Positions 49,920 through 60,575 of a stretch of DNA of 64,000 nucleotides are shown piece after piece. Source of the stretch: Okamejei kenojei (lineage: Eukaryota); the NCBI GenBank assembly GCA_035221665.1, contig CM069134.1:94860001-94924000 (forward strand), read 5' to 3'. The position numbers were made by a program, and so were the translations under genes. The first letter of the stretch is position 1; each line of letters opens with the position of its first letter. The notes beneath the pieces are model-generated. The model was given only the letters and a program-made list of their open reading frames with translations. It did no database searches and was not told the origin of the DNA.

Positions 49920-52900
49920 TAGAATTGAATCTTCGACTTCCTCATTCACAGACCACAGTCTGTCCTTGGTGAAAATGTGTCAGCATCGATAACAATCAGC
50001 ACAGGCGCACCTCAAGGCTGCGTGCACAGCCCCCTGCTGTACTCACTCTATACTCGTGAATGCGTAGCCGGTCATAGTGCAAACTCCATCATAAAGTTCG
50101 CTGATGACACCACTGTTGTGGGAATTATCAGTGATGGAGATGAGTCAGAGTATAGAAGTGAGATCAACCGTTTGACCAAATGGTGCCAGCACAATAACCT
50201 GGCTCTCAACTCCAGCAAAACCAAGGAATTGATTGTGGACTTTGGAAGGGGTAGGATGGGGACCCATAGTCCCATTTATATCAATGGGTCGATGGTGGAG
50301 AGGGTCAAGAGCTTCAAATTCCTGGGCGTGCATATCTCTGAAGTTCTCTGATCCGAGCACATCAGCGCCTCTACTTCCTGAGAAGATTATGGTATGTCAA
50401 GGAGGACTCTCTCAAACTTCTACAGGTGCACAGTAGAGAGCATGCTGACCGGTTGCATCGTGGCTTGGTTCGGCAACTTGAGCGCCCAGGAGTGGAAAAG
50501 ACTGCAAAAAGTCGTAAACACTGCCCAGTCCATCATCGGCTCTAACTTCCCTACCATCGAGGGGATCTATCGCAGTCACTGCTGAAAAAGGCTGCCAGCA
50601 TCATCAAGGATCCACACCATCCTGGTCACTCACTCATCTCAAGGCCGGCCTTAACCGATTGGACCGATTGCCCCCGATTGGGCCCCGTGCCTAAGGGGGG
50701 CCCCGCACTAATGTTCCGTATTTCGTACGGAAATACGAATTTGCTTTGTTAAATAAAGATTTTTTTTAAAAACATTCGCCATCCGGATTTTTGTTTTAAA
50801 CAAACATGGATAACAACCGCTGCATGGCCATCAGACACAAATGATTTGTTAACTACTACTGTTAGCACTTGTTAACAGCCAGTAGTTAACAAGTAGTTAT
50901 ACAATGTGTCAACGTATTAATTACGCCGCGTTCCTTTGAATAAAATTCACGCGGCGTCATTAATACTTGTTCAAAACACAATTACATTTACTGAGGAATG
51001 TAGATCGATGCATTGATGACACATTGAGAATTTCTTAAAACTCACCATCATGACTGAGGGCTCTGGACCGCGAGAAGGGTCTTCTTCTTGGTGTGTAGGA
51101 TAGTCATTCACCTACCGACCCACGTTGTGTTTCTCTGTTCTTTGCTCTCTCCCTCCCTCTCTCTCTCTCTCTCTCTCACGCTCTCTCTCTCCCGCTCCCC
51201 ATCTTGTCTCTCTCTAGCTCACTCACTCTCTCTCACCCTGTCGCCTCAGCATTCCTGAAATCATTGACGTTTTGCGGTAGACAAAAATGCTGGAGAAACT
51301 CAGCGGGTGTTTTTTGTTTGGCTCTGAAGTTGAAGGTGGCTCAGCGGGACGGGCATGGGCTCTGGGGAGAGGGTTGCGTTTCTAGTCGAGACCCTTCTTC
51401 AGACAATCACAAGTACTCTCACCCAAGAGAGTTCAGTTCGGTCTGAAGAAGGGTCTTCTCTCCAGAGTCGCTGCGCTGCCTGTCCTGCTGAGTTACTCCA
51501 GCTTTATGTCTATCTTCAATTTCAGAGAAATAAAATTTCTCACGGGGGGCTTATAGCGTCTATCCCCCCCCCCTTTCCTTCCCATCCGCCTCACGGACCT
51601 TAGCGTACCCCTAGTTCCTAAAACCCATTTCCATCACTGTTCATGTTGCACTTATAATGCAGAGACCGGGCCTTAAGTGATTCTGTGAAACAAAAAGATA
51701 AACAGCTGGTTTCAGTCCAACAGCTCTTGAAGAACAAGCACTTCAGCCTCTTTGCCCTGTGACCAGCTGTTTCAAGTTTTGTACTGCTGTTGGACTGAAA
51801 CCAGCTCTTTATCTTTTTGTTTCACCCCCTGTCCGTCCACATTCATTTCCTTCCTCCCCACCTTCCTCCCACGGTGCCTGCTGCTTTGGCGGCAGGCACA
51901 CCATCATGTTTATATTGCCAGTTAACCACTGATTTATTTTCAAGTGGTCAGTGCAAAGTCTGCCTTCTTAAAAACTGGTATCGGTGCCAAAAGTGACTTG
52001 CTCCGTGAAAATGGGCATTTGTAAAATAAATCCTCCGAGTATCCTCTGAGCTACATGTTACTGTATTGTTCAATATTCTTGCTAATTGTCGTATTAGCAT
52101 TTCACTATTGCGTGTGCTTCAGCATGGGCCATCCATTCGTTAGATCGCAGCGGAACATAGTATTAAATCGCAAGTGACTGCAGATGCTGCAGATCTTAAG
52201 CAAAAAAAACAACCATTTAGTGAAGCCACCTAACAAAGGGTTGCTCTTTGGAGGTGAATAGTCACTTCCTGACTAACTGCTGACTATTTTTAACTTGGCG
52301 CAGAGTGCAATGGTTACCCGTTTTCTATTGCATAAATGAAGAGTCGAGTCAAGAATGTATAATTGTCATGTGTACCCACAACAGAACAATGAAATTCTTA
52401 TTCGCAGCAGCATAACAGGCGTGTAAACACAATACTCATAGATTGTATGAGAACAAATGAGAAACAAATAAATTCAATAACTTAACCCTAATACTAATGC
52501 AAAAAAGCTCAGGGCGCCCCATCAAATATTATCAATCGCTTGCTAATCGCATGACTGCGTCCAACTGCTGTCTGGTTAGTTGATCGTATTGCTATATATG
52601 AACTGTTTTGGGAGAGAAAAATGCTCACGGCAGACCAAACGTGTTAAACAGAAATTGGTCAGATACTCAGCTTTTTCACAGTGAGAAATCATGTGAAATA
52701 ATCACTGAATTTTATTTTAAATGAATGTACCTGCATGTTATACTGTTTAGTTAGGAGATACAGCCAGATAGTCCACTGAGTTTGCTCTGACCAGTGATTT
52801 TTGTTTTCCGATTTGTCAATTATTTTGTGCCTGATTATTTGGCGGCCAATCAATCGCTGTCTCTAAAGGGGTTGCGTCCAATTACCAACCAGCTTGCCTT

Positions 52901-53516
52901 AAAATTCCTGTCCAATCAACAAATCGGTCTCCTCCCGTCCAATCAGCCGCTGTCTCCAAGGGCATTGTGTCCAATCACATAATGCATTTAATGGTAATTA
53001 GCTGCTACGGTAAAGGTTGGAAGCCAGTGGAGGTACTGACAGTCAAACGGGAGCAGGAGAGATTCAGACAGTGTAAAATCCATAGCACCTTAGTGTACAA
53101 TTTCATAATAAATACTAAATAACTGGGCTGACAGACCTTGGCTGGGAACCTGGGGCTCACCAAAATTGTTGCCAATTGGGCCCCACATCCCCTAAGGCCG
53201 CCCTGATTCATCTCCCCGCTGCCTTCAGGTAGAAGGTACAGGAGCCTGAAATCTGCAACATCCAGGTTCAGGAATAGCTACTTTCCCACAGCCATCAGGC
53301 TATTAAACTCAACTCAAACAAAACTCTGAACATTAATAGCCCATTGTATTTTATCTGATTATTTATGTGTATATATTCAATAGTATATGGTCACACTGAT
53401 CTGTTCTGTATTTATTTATGCCTACTATATTCTGTTGTGCTGAAGCAAAGCAAGAATTTCATTGTCCTATCTGGGACACATGACAATAAACTCTCTTGAA
53501 TCTTGAATCTTGAATC
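49920..53516 (+). mobile_element. Rex1/Babar LINE split by a hAT-like insertion
   Basis: TGAPQGCVHSPLLYSLYT and KFADDTT. The HPGHSLISPLPSGRRYRS region is split at 50640/53206. Ends in a (tcttgaa)n tail. Confidence 0.9.
50640..53205. mobile_element. Non-autonomous hAT-superfamily DNA transposon (2.57 kb)
   Basis: Ends CAAGGCCGGCCTTA / TAAGGCCGCCCTG, an 8-bp TSD ACTCATCT / ATTCATCT, subterminal attgggcccc motifs and no transposase. Confidence 0.82.
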
Positions 53517-54231
53517 TAAACTCTATAAATGAGTAGCGAGCACAGATAACGAGTTGCTTCCAGGAAAGACTGAATGATTGTTTGTTGAAATAAAGACAGC
53601 ATGAACAAGAGAGACATTATTTGTAATTCCACTGTAACATTGATAAACAGTTAGAATGCTTCCTTTTTATAGTGCTTAGTGATTTTATACAACCAAATTA
53701 TTTTCTGGCCACAATCTGGAACTCTTAAGCTTTGCCCCTTTGATGTAATGAGGATTAGAAGCAGACTGAACCATTCTCTCCCATATCACTCCATCACCTC
53801 CCCACCAATTCCCGTATCCCCTCAGCCCAGACTACATCCGTCCTATGAGCTTTCCATTGTATTTCTACAGGACAGTCATGATTTTAGAATACTTAGACCA
53901 CCTCAGAAGACAGTCAAGAACTACATAAATTGTTCTAGGTCTGGAGGACAACAGTAAACCAGTGAGATGTTTCCAACTCCTGATAGGCTCGTGGTTGCTT
54001 CATTAAAGCCTCCTTTCAATTTCAGGACTTAAAACACTGGATTCAAATGTTCATATATCATACTTCATACAAAATGTCTGAAAATAAACCCTCACCTCAC
54101 CAGTTTGGACTTGAGATTGTTGTTTGTTAACAGTACCCAAAAATACTCATTTTTTCTTATTGCATTTTATGGTTCAGGTTATGGTGCATTTGATTTGATA
54201 AAATACAGTTACATCAGAAGATTTTTATTAC

Positions 54232-54433
54232 CTTTATCTGAATGGTGACTTTTTTCAGATCATCTTCTTGATCAATTGTAATATCATCATCGAAGAATAT
54301 CTCTAATGGTGCACATGATGTCTGTATAAACTCTTGAAATGCATTAATTTTCTTCTTATTGAGATGGTCTTCAACATACAGTACAATACTAGCCTGTTGC
54401 ATGGCTGCATTAGCATTTGCGTTGTCATACACT
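54232..54433 (-). CDS. TRP-like cation channel, exon C (post-S6 helix, proximal C-terminus)
   Basis: Encodes VYDNANANAAMQQASIVLYVEDHLNKKKINAFQEFIQTSCAPLEIFFDDDITIDQEDDLKKVTIQIK. Acceptor ttcttatttcag, donor AG|GTAATA. The AG+A junction restores the Arg in SDTFQRVYD. Confidence 0.9.
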
Positions 54434-55099
54434 CTGAAATAAGAACCATGAACAATTCACAGATGCTCACCTAGAATATCCGTGACAAATACAAGAAAGC
54501 ATTAGACAAAAGTCCTCGTTCTCCCCCAAAGGAGAACCATGTCCTGAATTCTGCTCCCCTCACCTCACCATACCCATAGTTATTCATTAGAGGCAAAATT
54601 CTGCAATAATTCAAAATATCTATTCATGCTGCCACTTTTCAATCCTTCAAAGACTTGCATTTATAATGTCATCTTGTTGTAAAATCTCCCAAGGTAATTC
54701 ATAGGAGCATCAGAAAAAAAAACACCTCATAAGAACACACACAGGCATGCACAATATATGTCCCAATAATTTAACCATTTACCCTTTTAACCTTCAATCT
54801 ATTTAAATATAATTTTCCAGGTGTTTTTTTGAGAAAGTCAATTGACGCAAGGAATGCTTTCATTAAATGCATTGGCAGATATTTGGAAAAAAGTTGAGAG
54901 CTCTAATATTCCATGATAAATTTGAATCTGTTCCCTAAACTTCCCAATTATTGATGGAATTCAAATATCCATCTAAAATTTAGATTATATCTTCCCTACC
55001 ATTTTAAAGTTTTACATTTGTGCCTCCTCATTTTTTTCAGTCTACTGTAAAGAACTTCAACTCTGACAGAATTTACATAAATTGCCACATCATGATAAG

Positions 55100-56145
55100 T
55101 AGGAAGGAATGAGTGACGTTTTGGGTCGAGACCCTTCTTCTGACTGATGTCAGGGGAGTGGACGGTACATAGATGAGGAAATGTATAGATAAGGAAGTGT
55201 AAGGAGTGAAAATATGACAAGGGGAATGGAGATTGAAAAAAATGTAGAATAGATTATTGTTAGTTGGGAGATGATAACAACAAATCAAACTGAGATAAAA
55301 TGTAGTCGTAGACAGTAAGACTGGTCGGAGAACGGAAGGGGAGGGGATGGAGAGAGAGGGTAAGCAAAGGCTACTTGAAGTTAGAGAAGTCAATGTTCAT
55401 ACCGCTGGGGTGTAAGGTGCCCAAGTGAAATACGAGGTGCTGTCCTCCAATTTGCGCTGGGCCTCACTCTGGCCATGTAGGAGGTCCAGGACAGAAAGGT
55501 CAGTGTGGGAATGGGAGGGGGAATTAAAGTGCTGAGTAACCGGGAGATCAGGTAGGGTTTAGGCAGACTGAGCGGAGGTGTTCAACGAAACAATCGCCGA
55601 GCCTGTTCTTGGTCTTGCCAATGTACAGGAGTTCACACCTGGAACAGCGGATACAGTAGATGAGGTTGGACAAGGTGCAAGTGAACCTCTGCCTCACCTG
55701 AAAAGACTGCCTGGGTCCTTGGACGGAGTCGAGGGGGGAGGTATAGGGACAGGCGTTGCAGAGGAAAGTACCTGGGGAGGGGGTGGTTAGGGTGGGAAGG
55801 GATGAGTTGACCAGGGAGTTGTGGAGGGAACGGTCTCGGCAGAAAGCGGAAAGGGGTGGAGATGGGAAGATGTGGCTAGTGGTGGGATCCCGTTGGAGGT
55901 GGCAAAAATGTCGGAGGATTATGTACTGTATACGACGGCTGATGGGGTGGAAGGTGAGGACAAAGGGTACTGTCCCTGTTGTGAATGGGGGGAGGGGGAG
56001 CAAGAGTGGAGCTGCGGGATATCAAAGAGACCCTAGTGAGGGCCTCATCTATAATGGAAGAGGGGAACCCCCATTCCGTAAAGAATTAGGACATCTCCGA
56101 TGCCCTAGTATGGAACACCTCATCTTGGGCGCAGATGCGGCGTAG
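55100..56145 (-). mobile_element. Penelope-like element fragment with a GIY-YIG endonuclease domain and terminal repeat
   Basis: ORF 55548-56003 has NLIYCIRCSRCELLYIGKTKNRLGDCFVEH. A degenerate hammerhead core lies at about 55116-55143. Confidence 0.88.
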
Positions 56146-56774
56146 ATGGATAAAAAGAAGTTAACTTACTCCCTTCTTCATGGATAAAAAGAAGTTAACT
56201 TACTCCATTCACTCTAATGCATCAATGCTCTCTAAGCTACCACATCCAATCATTTTCCAAGGCTTCCCAACATGACACCACCATGCAGTCACTAGAACAG
56301 AATGGACTGCTCAATTTCGCAAGCCTGATTTGCTTGTAACAATTTTTCCAAGATAAGACGCCAGGACAACAATAGGCCAGCACCAGTAGTTGAGAAAGAT
56401 CTGCATCTGATGTGGTTAATTAATGCAAGAGCACACAATATTTATCCATTATCTGGTACTTCTTTAGTCCTTTAGGAAGCCTCATGGAAATGGGAGGATA
56501 TATCCTGAATGAAGATGCTATTCAATTCCATTCCTGCCATGCCTAAGGATACATTTTATGTAGGCCATCTTTCATAAGGCATTATCTCCAAACAGAATAC
56601 CTGACTGTAAAATCTGGCAGTAAATGGTTGTCGTGAATAGGTGCCCTAGATCAAAACGGCACCAGTCGTAACATTCAGGAGAAAAGTCTCTTGACACTAA
56701 CTCCCAACAGCTTTACCCCCTACCTGCCTGCCCTGCAAATAACTGTGGAAATGCAACTCAATTGAAGATGCCCT

Positions 56775-57335
56775 GTGTAGGAAGGAACTGCAGATGCTGG
56801 TTTATACCGAAGATAGACACAAAATGCTGGAGTAACTCAGCGGGACAGGCAGGATAGAAGGAATGGGTGACGTTTCGGGTCGAGGCACTTCTTGAGACCG
56901 AGAGTCACTGGAGAGGGAGACATAGAGATAAGGAAGGGTAAGGTGATAATGAGAGATCAAAAGGGACAAAGATCAAGGATAATGTAGAATTGATCATTGT
57001 TAGCTGAGGGGAAGGTGACAACGAGGCATACAATCAGTAAAATCTATTCAGGTGGACAGAAAAACTAGTCGGACAACTAGGATGGGTGAGGGAAATGTGA
57101 GGTACTGTTCCTTCAATTTGCGTTGGGGCTCACTCTGACAGTGGAGGGGCCCAGGACAGAAAGGTCACTGGAAGGATAAGGGGAAGGTAAAGTGTTTAGC
57201 AACCAGGTGATCATGTTGGTCTAGACGGACTGAGTGGAGGTGTTCAGCAAAACGATTGCCGAGCCTGCCCTTGGTCTCACCGATATATAGGAGTCCACAC
57301 CTTGAAAACGGATGCAGTAGATGAGGTTGGAAGAT
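56775..57335 (-). mobile_element. Penelope-like 3' fragment and terminal repeat
   Basis: LLYIGETKGRLGNRFAEH, with the terminal repeat tgtaggaaggaactgcagatgctgg...gacgtttcgggtcgag. Confidence 0.82.
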
Positions 57336-57924
57336 GAAGTTCCATAAGTCTCTCCAATTGGTGCTATGTAACTTTGGCAGTTCACAGTTCCATGATACAA
57401 CAGCCAATGAGTAAAGTCAAAGAATAAGGTCAGGCCCACCTATTGTACATAATTTTGACATACAGTTTAGAGGGATAGACGCAAAACACAGACAGGTGTG
57501 ACTAGCGAAGGGCATTTTAGTTAGCATGGGTAAATTGGGCTGAAGGGCTGTATGATTCTATGACTCTGGAAATGATATATAGCCAGGTTAATCAGATGTT
57601 TCTTATTCATTTTTGGTCAGTTCCATTGAGAGTTGTATGTCATCCACTACTTTTTCTCATTTTGCTGACTGAAGTTCCTGGAATTAACTGTAATGAACTG
57701 TATTGATGATAGTTTGCACACATGCGATGATCTGTTGTGATGTGCTATACCATAACAGGGCCAACTGCTAAGCTTGGTATCCAGAAAACATTCAACAGGA
57801 CACCATTGTTTTGATCAGGAAGACTACCTCTTCTACCCCAATAATTCAGAATCCTATCGTGCTGCTTCTATTGTACCTATGTTCCATATATCTAATAGTA
57901 TCTCAAGAGCATGCATTTACCACT

Positions 57925-59346
57925 CCACTTAAGAGCAAAACACTCCACTCTGGCGAGCCTCAACGACTTCCGCCCAGTTGCACTCACCCCTATCATCGCC
58001 AAGTGCTTTGAAAGGCTGGTCATGGCACACCTCAAATGCTGCCTACCTCCCACTCTGGACCCCTACCAGTTTGCATACCGCAAGAACAGGAGCACGGAGG
58101 ATGCCATCTCAACGGCATTCCACTCCGCCCTCTCCCACCTCGACAACAGAAACACTTATGTGAGAATGCTATTCATCGACTGCAGCTCAGCATTCAACAC
58201 CATTATCCCCTCTAAATTGATCGCCAAACTCGATGACCTGGGCATCAATCCCTCCCTCTGCAATTAGTTACTGGACTTTCTAACCAACAGACCACAGTCT
58301 GTTAGGTTGGATAACCACTCCTCTTCTACCCTCACCCTGAACACTGGCGTACCCCAGGGCTGCGTGCTGAGCCCCCTCCTCTACTACCTCTTCACGTATG
58401 ACTGCATACCTGTACATGGTACCAACACCATCATCAAGTATGCAGATGACGCGGCGGTGATTGGCCTCATCAGCGACAACGATGAGTCGGCCTACAGGGA
58501 GGAGGTTCAGCTCCTAACAGCATGGTGTGCCGACAATAACCTGGCCCTCAACTCCAAGAAGACCAAGGAGCTCATTGTGGACTTCAGAAGATCGAGAGGC
58601 TGCACGCACACCCCAATCCATATCAACGGGATGGAGGTGGAACGTGTCTCCAGCTTCAGGTTCCTGGGAGTCAACATCTTCGATGACCTCGCCTGGACCC
58701 ACAACACATCCTCGCTGATCAAGAAGGCTCACCAGCGTCTCTTCTTCCTGAGGAGACTTAAGAAGGTCCACCTGAAGGTGAACTTCTACCGCTGCACCAT
58801 CGAGAGCATCCTTACCAACTGCATCACAGTATGGTATGGTAACTGCTCTGTCGCCGACTGGAAAGCTCTGCAGAGGATGGTGAAGATCGCCCAACGCATC
58901 ACAGGCTCCTCACTCCCCTCCATTGAGTCTGTCCATAGTAAACGATGCCTGCGCAGGGGGCACAGCATCGCCAGCGACAGCTCACACCCCAACCATAGAC
59001 TGTTTACCCTCCTCCCATCCGGGAGACGCTACAAGTCCCTCCACTGCCATACCAGCAGGCTCAAGAACAGCTTCTTCCCTGCGGCTGTCACACTTCTCAA
59101 CGCTGCACCTCAATGACTGCCTGTCTCCACCACTCCCCTCCCCCCCCCCCCCCCCCCCCCCCCCCCCCGACTATCCAATCACCAGCAAATTGCACGGATA
59201 CCACTGTATATGTATAGATGTATATACTCATAGTACTGCACAATGATTTGTTTATTCGTAAGTTCGCCCTTCGGAGATAACTGCATTTCGTTGTCTCTGT
59301 ATTGTACACTGCACAATGACAATTAAAGATTTGAATTGAATTGAAT
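57925..59346 (+). mobile_element. Rex1/Babar LINE, 5'-truncated, intronic and antisense to the TRP-like gene
   Basis: [24 protein letters not shown] and KYADD. The (ttgaa)n tail ends about 45 bp from the exon B donor. Confidence 0.93.
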
Positions 59347-59390
59347 TACCCTGTAAATTAACAAGAAATGTCAGAATATTTGTTATATAC

Positions 59391-59589
59391 CTTTGGAACG
59401 TGTCTGAAAGCAATGCGATGAGAAGATTGATACACAGAATGCTCGACACCCCAAGAAATGTTCCACAGAGCAAATATGCCATTACTGGATCTATGATATA
59501 CATCTCATCAAATCCATAATCATCAACCAGTGTTATCCGAAATACAGTAAAAAGCATCTGGGGTATAGTTGCCATATTTGGTACAAGGC
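59391..59589 (-). CDS. TRP-like cation channel, exon B (pore helix, filter, S6)
   Basis: Encodes LVPNMATIPQMLFTVFRITLVDDYGFDEMYIIDPVMAYLLCGTFLGVSSILCINLLIALLSDTFQ(R). NLLIALLSDTF is a TRP-type S6 signature. Acceptor ttttcttgcatacag, donor AG|GTATAT; phase 1 in, phase 2 out. Confidence 0.93.
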
Positions 59590-60456
59590 CTGTATGCAAG
59601 AAAATGTCAGGGAAAAAGATTATGTATCAGAAAATGCTGTCAACAATTATTTATGTCATCTGTGGCTATCCACTTATGGGCTTAGGTTCTCTGGTCCCAT
59701 CACACTACGTTGTTTTCAATTCCAAAGTAGAAGCTGCCGACACTGCTACAATTTCTGGTGGGTGGGTCATTGGTATTATTTGAGAAACGTTCTGTTCCAA
59801 CAAAAGGAACTGAGGTCTGAAGCCTTATTGGAACAGAGCTCCAAAGTTCTGAAGGCCCAAAAATACCTGCAACCCACGATGCAGCCCTAGGATTGGTAGC
59901 TGCTCCCCACAGTATATATGCAAGACACATACTCGACCCACTCCTATTCCAAGGGGCAAGTACGAAGGCAAACTGTGATAACTTAGGAACTCATGAGCCA
60001 TGTCCCTTTAATTCAGTAGAGACCAGAAATACATAGAACCATTATTTCCCTCCACATCATTCCTCTTCCACTTCTCACACCCACTTCATCCCCCTCCCCA
60101 CTTCAGATAAATTCATTGACATCTCTCTTATATTTCTACATTTTGAAATAAGCATAGCTTGCAGGTGAGTCATGATTCTATAATGCTTAACAAACGTAGT
60201 TTTCAGTGTACAAGTGACAGGGTTGAAATCCCCCTTTAACGTGCAATGAAGAATACATGTTAATAATCCTCTAGTGAACCATATTCACAGGGAATGTTTG
60301 TTTTGAGCCTACACCCTTCTGTAACTTCATCTGTACCTCAAAAAATATTCAGAAATATATATGGTTTGTTAGAAGAGACTCTATTCCTCCCAGGTTCTAA
60401 TCAAATTATAAAATTCAATATTCATATAATAATCTGCAGGCAAACAAAATACTTAC

Positions 60457-60575
60457 CTCCAAAGATTATCCAAAACGCACATGCGAAAGGAATGTAAAAC
60501 TCTCCATAAAGAAAAAGGAATTTGAGGAGATCCACAATTATTTTTCCGAGCATCACTATAAAAGGTCCTAGGGCT
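60457..60575 (-). CDS. TRP-like cation channel, exon A (S4-S5 linker and S5)
   Basis: Encodes (R)ALGPFIVMLGKIIVDLLKFLFLYGEFYIPFACAFWIIFG(G). Acceptor ttttctggcgcag and donor G|GTAAGT. The phase-1 end matches the next exon. Confidence 0.92.

Noticed and set aside
27290-60575. A functional Gq-TRP signalling gene cluster
   Set aside because: The G-alpha piece is a single frameshifted exon inside a transposon, so its proximity to the channel gene is best treated as coincidence.
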